Source: a virus (taxonomy: Duplodnaviria; Caudoviricetes). From it: a DNA stretch of 35,198 bases. Position numbers and translations under genes: made by a program. Below, piece by piece: positions 17,434 to 25,550 of the stretch (positions are counted from its first letter, which is position 1; every line of letters begins with the position of its first letter). The stretch is from the IMG/VR virus record IMGVR_UViG_3300017913_001170, positions 1-35,198 of that record; one strand, 5' to 3'. The notes beneath the pieces were generated by a model that saw nothing but the letters and a program-made list of their open reading frames with translations, was not told where the DNA came from and did no database searches.

Positions 17434-18645
17434 ATGAGTATGATTTCTAAAGATAATTTTGATGAAGTAATTTCTTCTTACAAAAAATCAGGTAAATATA
17501 GAGTCTTCAATGACATCCTTAGAGAGCGGGGGAAATTTCCCCGCTCAATTTGGTACGGAAAATACGCACCAAAGAATATTGTAAACTGGTGTTCCAACGA
17601 TTATCTTGGCATGGGTCAGAATGAATATGTGATCAATGCAATGCACACTGCACTAGATCAAACTGGTGCGGGTTCTGGTGGAACAAGAAACATTGGTGGT
17701 ACATCACACTACCACGTGACACTTGAAAGTGTTCTTGCACAACTTCACCAAAAAGAATCTGCGTTACTATTCTCAAGCGCATATGTTGCAAACGAATGGT
17801 CACTCATTGCACTCTCTCGTATCATTCCAAATATCTGTTTTATTTCTGATAACAAAAACCATGCATCGCTTATTATGGGTATGAAACATAGCCGTGCGGA
17901 TAAGATGATATTTCCCCATAATGATATGGACGAATTAGAAATTGCGTTAGAAACTGCAGTGAGAGAAAATAAAGTTCCATGCATCGTGTTTGAGTCTGTA
18001 TATTCTATGGACGGTGATGTAGGGAAAATTGAAGAAATTTGTGATCTCGCAGATAAATATAACGCAATCACTTATATTGATGAAGTTCATGCAGTTGGTC
18101 TTTATGGTGAGACAGGTGCGGGTTATTGTGAGAAATTAGGTTTAACAGATAGGATAACAATAATCAATGGGACACTCGGTAAAGCATTCGGAGTTCAGGG
18201 AGGTTACATTGCTGGTGATAGTGTTGTCGTTGACGCTATTCGGAGCGTGGCTTCTGGGTTTATTTTCACAACCTCAATCTCCCCAGTCATCTGTGCAGGA
18301 GCTATCGCCTCCATCAAATATATCAGTGACAACCCTTCCATCCATAGAAGACATCAGGAAAGGGCATCATTTCTAAAGAAACTTTTAGATGATGCAAACA
18401 TTCCTGTTCATCCAAATGCATGTACACATATTGTACCAGTAATGGTAAATGACGCCTTTAAGTGTAAAGAAGCAAGTGACCGTCTCTTGAACGAGTTCGG
18501 TATCTACATCCAACCAATCAATAGTCCAACAGTCGATGTTGGAACTGAAAGACTACGAATCGCACCAACGCCATATCACGATGACGTGATGATGGTAGAG
18601 TTGGTGGAAGCACTAAAGAAAGTTTTAAATGTCAAAGATTTATAA
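17434..18645 (+). CDS. hemA: 5-aminolevulinate synthase (PLP-dependent)
   Basis: [57 protein letters not shown] (PLP lysine), [15 protein letters not shown]. Confidence 0.92.
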   Translation: MSMISKDNFDEVISSYKKSGKYRVFNDILRERGKFPRSIWYGKYAPKNIVNWCSNDYLGMGQNEYVINAMHTALDQTGAGSGGTRNIGGTSHYHVTLESVLAQLHQKESALLFSSAYVANEWSLIALSRIIPNICFISDNKNHASLIMGMKHSRADKMIFPHNDMDELEIALETAVRENKVPCIVFESVYSMDGDVGKIEEICDLADKYNAITYIDEVHAVGLYGETGAGYCEKLGLTDRITIINGTLGKAFGVQGGYIAGDSVVVDAIRSVASGFIFTTSISPVICAGAIASIKYISDNPSIHRRHQERASFLKKLLDDANIPVHPNACTHIVPVMVNDAFKCKEASDRLLNEFGIYIQPINSPTVDVGTERLRIAPTPYHDDVMMVELVEALKKVLNVKDL

Positions 18646-18796
18646 TTTTAAAGACAAAAAATTGATGAAGGAAACAGATCTTGATGGTGGTATTCCTGTA
18701 AACAAAAATTACCTCACAGAATCTGACAAAGTTTCTGAAGAAATGAATTCATCTAATAACGATATTTACGCACGAGGTTTGAATGAATCAACTTGA
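18629..18796 (+). CDS. 55-aa hypothetical protein (not in ORF track)
   Basis: [21 protein letters not shown]... fills the gap between hemA and the YbaN-like gene. Confidence 0.45.
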   Translation: MSKIYNFKDKKLMKETDLDGGIPVNKNYLTESDKVSEEMNSSNNDIYARGLNEST

Positions 18797-18839
18797 AGCC
18801 GCATTTTTCGGCAAAACAATATGGAAAAGAGAGAGTAAA

Positions 18840-19259
18840 ATGACTAAATTGAAAAAAGCATTTTGGTTTGTCTGTGGGATTTTGTGTCTTGGTATTGCAT
18901 ACCTTGGTGTAATCTTGCCAGGCATTCCATGGTCCACACCAATCCTTGGCGCTGCGTTTTGTTTCGCAAAGTCAAGTGAGAAGTTCCACAACTGGATCAT
19001 GAATCACAAAACATTTGGCCCATTCATTACAGAATGGCAAACATATAAAAAAAAAACAAAAAAAGGCAAATACATTATGATGGCGGTCATGTCAACAGCA
19101 CTTGCATTTATGTGGTTTGGTACAGGTAATCCAAAAGCAACACTATATTTGTTTATTTTGTTTGCGTTGATTGTTACATGGGCATGGAGATTCCCAGGCT
19201 CAAAAGAAGAAGCGCAACGTCGAATTGATGCAGGAGAAAAACTCGGCTGGTTAAAGTAA
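18840..19259 (+). CDS. YbaN/DUF454 family inner-membrane protein
   Basis: GILCLGIAYLGVILPGIPWSTPILGAAFCFAKSSEKFHNWIMNHKTFGP matches the DUF454 pattern. Confidence 0.8.
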   Translation: MTKLKKAFWFVCGILCLGIAYLGVILPGIPWSTPILGAAFCFAKSSEKFHNWIMNHKTFGPFITEWQTYKKKTKKGKYIMMAVMSTALAFMWFGTGNPKATLYLFILFALIVTWAWRFPGSKEEAQRRIDAGEKLGWLK

Positions 19260-19487
19260 ATGGACGAATGGGAATATCATATTGCAGAACTCAAATGGCG
19301 CATAGAAAAACTGCGTCAAGAAACTGGGTACTACAATAAGAGTTCCCATCCCCAGCCGCAGAAAAGTGTGGAAAAACCTAAAATTGAGCCGCAGAAAAGT
19401 GTAGAAGAGATAGATGCACAAGAAAAGAGAAATGCAGAAATGAATGACATTAAAGCAAAACTCATGGGAAGAAAGCTTGCCAAATGA
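19260..19487 (+). CDS. Hypothetical protein with a duplicated PQKSVE
   Basis: GGAG SD-like sequence upstream; packs directly against the preceding gene. Confidence 0.55.
   Translation: MDEWEYHIAELKWRIEKLRQETGYYNKSSHPQPQKSVEKPKIEPQKSVEEIDAQEKRNAEMNDIKAKLMGRKLAK
19354..19402 (+). repeat. 16-bp direct repeat AGCCGCAGAAAAGTGT x2, period 33
   Basis: Copies at 19354-19369 and 19387-19402. Confidence 0.85.
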
Positions 19488-19505
19488 TGGAAAGTGGGAT
19501 ACAAT

Positions 19506-19886
19506 ATGGATGATTTGAAATTTACAACATGTGGAGATTATATGGCACAACAAGATGAACGATATGTGGTAGTAACAACTACGTCAACTTTTCGTGAACG
19601 ATACATGGTCCCTGTGAGTAAGTTACAGGAACTTAATACAGATGTTAACATCACTAATGATCCTGTGAAACAGATTGAATGGGCAGAAGACTCAGTCACC
19701 ACAGAAGAAGTCAAAGAGTTTTCTCAGAAGTGGTTGGGTGAAACTATTGTTGACACGTTTATTCTGGATGAAGAACGTGCCTTGATGTTATTTGATAGGG
19801 ACAACGGTTACCTGTCAGATTGGTCGGAAGAAAAGAAACTTGAATGGATACATGATTGGAAGGAGAAACCAGTTGGGCTACCTTAG
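19506..19886 (+). CDS. Hypothetical protein
   Basis: ORF with genome-typical codon usage; start uncertain. Confidence 0.55.
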   Translation: MDDLKFTTCGDYMAQQDERYVVVTTTSTFRERYMVPVSKLQELNTDVNITNDPVKQIEWAEDSVTTEEVKEFSQKWLGETIVDTFILDEERALMLFDRDNGYLSDWSEEKKLEWIHDWKEKPVGLP

Positions 19887-20061
19887 TGATAAATTCCACA
19901 GTTTCTGTATCAAGATGAATAATGCAACACAGACCGAACGTGACTTTGGTCCACAACATCCTGATACAATCAAAAACTATGAGATTGCAAATGAAGCAAA
20001 ATTAGAATTTCAAGAAGAAATTGTAAAAGCAGAAAAGGATTTGATCCGTAATGTCAGTTGA
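19852..20061 (+). CDS. Hypothetical protein
   Basis: Fills the gap to the next gene; start uncertain. Confidence 0.45.
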   Translation: MIGRRNQLGYLSDKFHSFCIKMNNATQTERDFGPQHPDTIKNYEIANEAKLEFQEEIVKAEKDLIRNVS

Positions 20062-20311
20062 AATATTTGGAATGGGAAACTGTGTCAATTGTACAAAGTC
20101 TATGAAGACTGCAAAGGCTTACAATCTTCCATACGAGTACTTCGATATCACATATAAGAAGTTCAGAGATATTCTGGAAAGTCGTATGAAGTTAGAAGAT
20201 GGCATGCCTCAACCTGTGATATTTTGGAACAAACGATATGTCGGAACCTATAATGATTTTCTTCAAGAGATAGAAGATACAATGGGTGGTTTTGGAGATG
20301 GGAAAATATGA
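20051..20311 (+). CDS. Second glutaredoxin-like protein
   Basis: VEIFG..NCVNC...PVIFWNKRYVGTY. Confidence 0.75.
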   Translation: MSVEIFGMGNCVNCTKSMKTAKAYNLPYEYFDITYKKFRDILESRMKLEDGMPQPVIFWNKRYVGTYNDFLQEIEDTMGGFGDGKI

Positions 20312-20463
20312 AGACAGACACATTGATTATAGTCCTGTTTTGTATTCTTTTGGTTTTCATGGGCATACAGATGAGAGATCTCAATTTGCAGATTGATCAA
20401 CTAGGTGAATCACTTTCTGATCAGTTAGAAGAATTACAGAGGATGAAAGATGGCGGGTCGTAA
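20308..20463 (+). CDS. 51-aa membrane-anchored coiled-coil protein (not in ORF track)
   Basis: GGAG SD, ATGA overlap. MKTDTLIIVLFCILLVFMGIQ... Confidence 0.6.
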   Translation: MKTDTLIIVLFCILLVFMGIQMRDLNLQIDQLGESLSDQLEELQRMKDGGS

Positions 20464-20677
20464 AGTAAAGACAGAAGCATTAGATAATCTTACTGCACAG
20501 TATAACGAAATTTGTAAAGAAAATAAAGAACTTGTTTTTGAAAACGAATTGATCAGACGACAGAACACAATGTTGTTGGAAACACTGGAAGCAGTTTGTG
20601 ATGAGAATATTATCCCAGATAACTCTACTAGGTTTCGTCTGAATAATGTTCTTAATAACATCGTGGAGATGAAATAA
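20450..20677 (+). CDS. Hypothetical coiled-coil protein
   Basis: GAGG SD upstream. Confidence 0.55.
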   Translation: MAGRKVKTEALDNLTAQYNEICKENKELVFENELIRRQNTMLLETLEAVCDENIIPDNSTRFRLNNVLNNIVEMK

Positions 20678-20679
20678 CT

Positions 20680-21357
20680 TTGAAATCCTCTAAGGTACAA
20701 CTACATCATTTGATGAAAGTCAACCCACTGACTGAAAATCAGAAGAAGTCTTTTGATATGTGGGAAGCCCGTCATAACTTGGTTATGTCTGGATCTGCAG
20801 GTACAGGTAAAACATTCCTTGCAATGTATCTTGCATTGCAACAGGTGTTAGATAAGAACACACCTTATGATAAGGTTGTCGTTGTCAGATCTATCGTACC
20901 TACACGAGACATTGGTTTCTTGCCTGGCGACGAAGAAGAAAAGAAGGATGCGTATTCGAGACCATATATCTCGTTGTGCGCAGAACTTCTACAGGACAAT
21001 GAAGCATGGTTGCATCTTATTACAGAGAATAAGGTTCAATTCCTTTCTACTTCATTCATTCGTGGACTTACATTGTCGAATGCAATCATCATTGTTGATG
21101 AGATGCAGAACTTGAACTTCCACGAACTTGATACAGTCATCACACGAGTCGGCGAAGATTGTCGATTCATCATGTGTGGTGACTATTACCAATCGGACTT
21201 TGAGAAAGATAAAGATCGAAATGGTATTCTAAACTTCATGGACATTATCAGGAGATTGAAGATGTTCAGTGTGATTGAATTTACATGGGAAGATATTGTC
21301 AGATCTGACTTTGTAAAAGACTATATTATGGTCAAAGAAAAACTGGGACTATCATAA
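20680..21357 (+). CDS. phoH: PhoH-family ATPase
   Basis: GSAGTGKT, IGFLPG, FIRGLTL, IVDEMQN, GDYYQSD, DIVRS. Confidence 0.93.
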   Translation: MKSSKVQLHHLMKVNPLTENQKKSFDMWEARHNLVMSGSAGTGKTFLAMYLALQQVLDKNTPYDKVVVVRSIVPTRDIGFLPGDEEEKKDAYSRPYISLCAELLQDNEAWLHLITENKVQFLSTSFIRGLTLSNAIIIVDEMQNLNFHELDTVITRVGEDCRFIMCGDYYQSDFEKDKDRNGILNFMDIIRRLKMFSVIEFTWEDIVRSDFVKDYIMVKEKLGLS

Positions 21358-21366
21358 GGAGATATT

Positions 21367-21513
21367 ATGGCAAAGGTAGTAGGAGTAGGTGCAGGAAGGT
21401 CATCCTTGCAACGAGTTAAGAAAACGACTTCAATTGGAAAGTCAGTTCGTTCACGTCCAAGTAACAAATCGCAAAAACGTAGCTGGAAGAAGTATAGAGG
21501 TCAAGGTAAATGA
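21367..21513 (+). CDS. 48-aa very basic protein ending KKYRGQGK (not in ORF track)
   Basis: AAGGAG SD. The C-terminal YRGQG is typical of a small conserved protein of marine T4-like phages. Confidence 0.75.
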   Translation: MAKVVGVGAGRSSLQRVKKTTSIGKSVRSRPSNKSQKRSWKKYRGQGK

Positions 21514-21605
21514 CACTTATTTTTGAACGAGTGGGTAAAACCGTATATGCACGAGAGTTTGGTGCAGATCCTTCAACCCGTTGGGTTTATACAGAACTAG
21601 ACTAA
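21510..21605 (+). CDS. 31-aa microprotein (not in ORF track)
   Basis: MTLIFERVGKTVYAREFGADPSTRWVYTELD. ATGA overlap upstream and TAATG overlap downstream. Confidence 0.55.
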   Translation: MTLIFERVGKTVYAREFGADPSTRWVYTELD

Positions 21606-22312
21606 TGAAAAAATTTATCTTTGATGTAGATGGCACATTGACTCCAAGTCGTGGTGTCATCGATCCTGATTTTGCAAAATGGTTCTGGGGGTTTATTCAG
21701 AGCAATAAAACTTGGTTAGTTACAGGTAGTGACTATCCAAAGACATTAGAACAGTTAGGTCGAGACATTTGTGAAGAAGTAGTGACTGTATATAACTGTT
21801 CTGGTAATGATGTTTGGTTCAAAGGAAGACGTGTCAACACAATACCTTTCAACCCCCCTCAGCGACTGTATGACTTGATGCACGGTTGGTTACAGACTAG
21901 TTCTTTCCCTCTACGCATGGGAAACCATATCGAAGAACGAGCGGGTACTATCAACTTCAGTATCATTGGTAGACCCCATGATCCCCCACTGACACTTGCA
22001 GAACGCAAACTTTACATCAAACATGATTTGAAAAATCGTGAAAGAGAAAGTATTGCATATCAGATCAATTACGAATTTCCTGATATTGCTGCAACAGTGG
22101 GTGGGGAAACGGGCGTAGACATCTATCGCAGAGGTGGAGACAAGAGTCAGATCCTAGAAGACTTTGATGCACCATATGATGACATCTATTTCTTTGGAGA
22201 TAAAATGCAAGAAGGCGGTAATGACTATCCTTTGGGAAAACTTCTTCCAGAGAAAAACGTTTTCGAAGTCAAAGACTGGAAACACACTTGGTCGATATTG
22301 AGTGAGTTATAG
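21605..22312 (+). CDS. Eukaryote-type (HAD-IIB) phosphomannomutase-like protein
   Basis: FDVDGTLTPSR, VTGSD, IEERAGTINFSIIGR, GGETGVDI, FFGDKMQEGGNDY. Confidence 0.8.
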   Translation: MKKFIFDVDGTLTPSRGVIDPDFAKWFWGFIQSNKTWLVTGSDYPKTLEQLGRDICEEVVTVYNCSGNDVWFKGRRVNTIPFNPPQRLYDLMHGWLQTSSFPLRMGNHIEERAGTINFSIIGRPHDPPLTLAERKLYIKHDLKNRERESIAYQINYEFPDIAATVGGETGVDIYRRGGDKSQILEDFDAPYDDIYFFGDKMQEGGNDYPLGKLLPEKNVFEVKDWKHTWSILSEL

Positions 22313-22313
22313 A

Positions 22314-22321
22314 AATAAATA
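22314..22321 (+). promoter_or_regulatory. Late promoter-like AATAAATA
   Basis: Intergenic, before the AAGGA SD of 22345. Confidence 0.55.
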
Positions 22322-22344
22322 CTACGACTCATAAGGAATAGAAC

Positions 22345-23172
22345 ATGTTTAACAGATTTATGCAAACATTAACATTGTTCACTGCGTTTGCAATCGCTGC
22401 AGTGGCTGCATGGTTTTCAGTAGTTGGATTGTCAACTATCTTTGCAGGTGCATTCTGGTCTGTTATAATCATGGCGTCTATTCTAGAAATCGGTAAACTC
22501 GTAAGTGCAGTTTGGTTACATCTCTACTGGAAATCGGTTAGTGGTCTAATCAAAGTGTACCTTTTAATCTCAGTATTCATCCTCATGGTCATCACGTCTA
22601 TGGGGATCTTTGGTTACCTGTCAAAGGCGCACATCGAAACCAAAGCGAGTGGTGGAGAATACTCTGCGCAGATTGAAAGACTAGAACAACGCATTGAAAG
22701 ACAGAACATTCAGATTGCACGTGCAAATAATACGTTGGATGATTTGGATGCTGCACTCGACAAGTATACTGAAGTTGGTGCAGTCACTAAGGGGCTCGCT
22801 GCACGTGAAGAACAAAAAGAACAACGTGCTGCATTGAACGCAGACATCGATGCTGCATACGATAAGATCGATGAGTACAAAGATCAGATTGCAGACATCA
22901 ACGTAGAAGTTCGTGCATTCGAAGTTGAAGTTGGTCCTATCAAATATGTCGCAGAACTTGTCTATGGTGATAAAGCAGAATCAAACCTTGAAGATGCAGT
23001 TCGTTGGGCGATCATTCTTATTATCGTCGTGTTCGATCCACTCGCAGTTATTCTACTGATCACATCTGCAAAAGCGATCAAAGAACAGAAACCAAAACCC
23101 AAACGTAAACCTGCAAAGAAAAACATCAACTACATTGATCCAAAAGATATTGTAAAGGTTGACCCTATATGA
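22345..23172 (+). CDS. Membrane protein (3 TM, coiled coil, 1 TM)
   Basis: Hydrophobic N-terminus, TSMGIFGYLSKAH, EVGPIKYVAEL, IIVVFDPLAV. Confidence 0.7.
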   Translation: MFNRFMQTLTLFTAFAIAAVAAWFSVVGLSTIFAGAFWSVIIMASILEIGKLVSAVWLHLYWKSVSGLIKVYLLISVFILMVITSMGIFGYLSKAHIETKASGGEYSAQIERLEQRIERQNIQIARANNTLDDLDAALDKYTEVGAVTKGLAAREEQKEQRAALNADIDAAYDKIDEYKDQIADINVEVRAFEVEVGPIKYVAELVYGDKAESNLEDAVRWAIILIIVVFDPLAVILLITSAKAIKEQKPKPKRKPAKKNINYIDPKDIVKVDPI

Positions 23173-23900
23173 ACGAGAACCAGTATTATGAGTCTTTAAG
23201 GAATAGGTTTCAAACCGCTTGTTTTAAACAAGATGATGTTCCGTCCTTAGAGACAATAGAAAAAATTTTAAAAGAATCTGTTGAAAGTACGCCTGTTTTT
23301 GGTCTTGACTATCATCATTCGGTGAAAGTTTTTGGACCAAATTATGCAGAGGATAAAAGAAAAGTTTGTTGGCAAACTTGCGAACACGACAAAACTCGTA
23401 AAATGTTTGACGCAAATAAAAAAGATCAGCCAAACATTGAAACTCTTGACAAATATCTTAATTATTTTATTCAAGATATTAAAAATAATAATGCTAAAGA
23501 AACCTCGTATAATAAATTTCAAGAAGATGCTCTTACGTTCAGTATGCAAGTCATGGCGCCTTATCTCTTAGTATTTAAGTTTGATCCAGACAAATATATT
23601 CATAAAGATAAAAAAGAAGCTCTTAAAAACAAAAAGACAAAGGCTTTACAATCTTCTATGGCCCATGCTCTTTCTGTGGCTATAATTGCAGAACATTACG
23701 GAGTGGATAGTGGTTTCTGTGGTTGTTTTTTCAAAAATAGTCATAATAAAAACAAAATATTCTATAATGATGAAGATGTATGGTTGTTTGTGGGACTAGG
23801 TTATAAAGAAGACTGGTGTCATAAAGCTAAAGGATCCCTTAATTATGAAGAAAGACAATCTGAAAAACCAAAACTGGAAGACATCATAGAGTTAACCTAA
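23169..23900 (+). CDS. Nitroreductase-like protein, AT-rich
   Basis: LRNRFQTACF N-terminus; AIIAEHYGVDSGFCGCF...LFVGLGY matches the nitroreductase C-terminal pattern. Confidence 0.55.
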   Translation: MNENQYYESLRNRFQTACFKQDDVPSLETIEKILKESVESTPVFGLDYHHSVKVFGPNYAEDKRKVCWQTCEHDKTRKMFDANKKDQPNIETLDKYLNYFIQDIKNNNAKETSYNKFQEDALTFSMQVMAPYLLVFKFDPDKYIHKDKKEALKNKKTKALQSSMAHALSVAIIAEHYGVDSGFCGCFFKNSHNKNKIFYNDEDVWLFVGLGYKEDWCHKAKGSLNYEERQSEKPKLEDIIELT

Positions 23901-23930
23901 ATATCTCTACACATAGGAGATTTTAGATTA
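23893..23930 (+). promoter_or_regulatory. Late promoter (CTAAATA) inside a hairpin that sequesters the resolvase SD
   Basis: TAACCTAAATATCTCTA-CACA-TAGGAGATTTTAGATTA pairs over about 15 bp and covers AGGAGA. Confidence 0.6.
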
Positions 23931-24496
23931 TGATTATTGCAGGCGTAGACTACAGTTTGACATCCCCCGCTATATGCGTCCACGAAGGGGACGAGTGGGA
24001 TTATAAGAACTGTCAATTTTATTATATGGTAAAACGTGACAAACTATTACATCCAGAGAAGCAGTTCAATGCAACTCTGTATCCTTCTTTTGACTACGAT
24101 ATTGAAAGGTTCGAAAAACTTTCTAACTGGTCACTCAACATTCTCAAAGAACATAAAGTAACACACGTCAACATCGAAGGTTATGCTTTCGGTGCGGTTG
24201 GTCGTGTCTTTCAGATCGCAGAAAACGCAGGACTCTTAAAGTATCAAGTACACAAAGAAGGGTTGGGTTGTTTTGTTCATGCTCCTACTGTTATTAAGAA
24301 ATTTGCAACAGGTAAGGGTAACGCAACCAAAGAAAAGATGTACGATGCATTTTTTTCTGAAACAGGGGTTGACATTCGTGAAAAAATCGGTATAATATCA
24401 GTTAAACAATGGAACCCTGTAAGTGACATTGTGGATGCTTACTATATTGCGAAGTTCGGTTTTGAAACGGAGAAAGAGAATGCAGATCAAACGTAA
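23930..24496 (+). CDS. RuvC-like Holliday junction resolvase
   Basis: IAGVDYSLTSPA, IEGYAFG, PTVIKKFATGKGNATKE, DIVDAY. Confidence 0.85.
   Translation: MIIAGVDYSLTSPAICVHEGDEWDYKNCQFYYMVKRDKLLHPEKQFNATLYPSFDYDIERFEKLSNWSLNILKEHKVTHVNIEGYAFGAVGRVFQIAENAGLLKYQVHKEGLGCFVHAPTVIKKFATGKGNATKEKMYDAFFSETGVDIREKIGIISVKQWNPVSDIVDAYYIAKFGFETEKENADQT
24369..24396 (+). promoter_or_regulatory. Sigma70-type promoter inside the resolvase CDS
   Basis: TTGACA-16 nt-TATAAT, both hexamers perfect. Confidence 0.65.
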
Positions 24497-24707
24497 GAGT
24501 TCATTGACTGGTGTTTATCGTACACGTGAAGTCAAGGTCAAACCCAGAGATTATGAGATGTGGGAGAAAGGATACGTGAGTATCAACGAAGCAATGCCTT
24601 ACCTTGATGAGAATGATCGTGCGTTTATCCTTGCAGGGATTACGGATGATGAATGGCGACAAGCGTTCGCATCAGAAATAAGTAATATCATCAACGATCA
24701 ATTCTAA
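24480..24707 (+). CDS. Conserved hypothetical phage protein
   Basis: GGAG SD. MQIKRKSSLTG...AMPYLDENDRAFILAGITDDEW. Confidence 0.7.
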   Translation: MQIKRKSSLTGVYRTREVKVKPRDYEMWEKGYVSINEAMPYLDENDRAFILAGITDDEWRQAFASEISNIINDQF

Positions 24708-24716
24708 GGAAAATTC

Positions 24717-24908
24717 ATGACTACTATGACCGCATGGTTACTTACCACCTACGTTGTGGGCACTGCATTCGGATTTTACATGGGAAAGTCTTCTCGTGTA
24801 TACGAAGCATTAGAAAAACTTATTGATCAACTTATTGATGATGGATATATCAAAACAAAAGGATCTGGTAAGAATATAGAGTTGTTGAAGTACTGGGAAA
24901 AAGAATGA
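24717..24908 (+). CDS. Small membrane-anchored hypothetical protein
   Basis: AAGGA SD; N-terminal hydrophobic stretch. Confidence 0.6.
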   Translation: MTTMTAWLLTTYVVGTAFGFYMGKSSRVYEALEKLIDQLIDDGYIKTKGSGKNIELLKYWEKE

Positions 24909-25534
24909 TAGTTATATTTAATGGACCGCCTGGTTCTGGTAAGGACGAGGCTGCAGCGTGGTTGGGTAGACGTGGGTTTGCTCATTTAAGTTTCAAACAT
25001 CACTTGTTCCGTGAAACAATGAAAGAGTTTGATGTTGATACTGTTTGGTTCATGGATGGTTTCAATAATCGTTCTATGAAAGAACTACCAGAAGAAAAAC
25101 TGCGTGGTATGTCTCGCCGACAGGCCATGATCTACACATCAGAAGATGTTATCAAACCAAAATATGGTAAGTCATACTTTGGTGATCAAGTTGCATCCCA
25201 AGTTGAAGGTGACGAAAAGTATGTTATCAGTGATGGCGGTTTCGTAGAAGAGATCGAACCTTTGATCGACAAAGTCGGCGCAGAGAATATTCTGTTGGTT
25301 CAACTTGTCCGTGAAGGATGTAGTTATCGTTCTGATTCACGTCGATATTTCAACGGCCAACTTATCGAATCTTTTAGTGCAGGATATGAGTCTGATATAG
25401 AAGATCAGTATATTCTAGAAACTGAACTTCCTATCCCCACATATCGCATATATAATAATGGGACGTTAAAAGAATTTCATGACGCCCTAGAAAACATATA
25501 TGAGTTAGTAATCGGTAGAGAGTTAATAGACTAA
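24905..25534 (+). CDS. Deoxynucleoside monophosphate kinase (T4 gp1-like)
   Basis: FNGPPGSGKD Walker A, VISDGGFVEE, SDSRRY, IYNNGTL. Confidence 0.75.
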   Translation: MIVIFNGPPGSGKDEAAAWLGRRGFAHLSFKHHLFRETMKEFDVDTVWFMDGFNNRSMKELPEEKLRGMSRRQAMIYTSEDVIKPKYGKSYFGDQVASQVEGDEKYVISDGGFVEEIEPLIDKVGAENILLVQLVREGCSYRSDSRRYFNGQLIESFSAGYESDIEDQYILETELPIPTYRIYNNGTLKEFHDALENIYELVIGRELID

Positions 25535-25550
25535 AACTGGATTCTTTGTT

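Noticed and set aside
23446-23475. AACTCTTGACA resembling the early promoter -35 inside the nitroreductase-like gene
   Set aside because: No acceptable -10 hexamer at 16-18 nt spacing.
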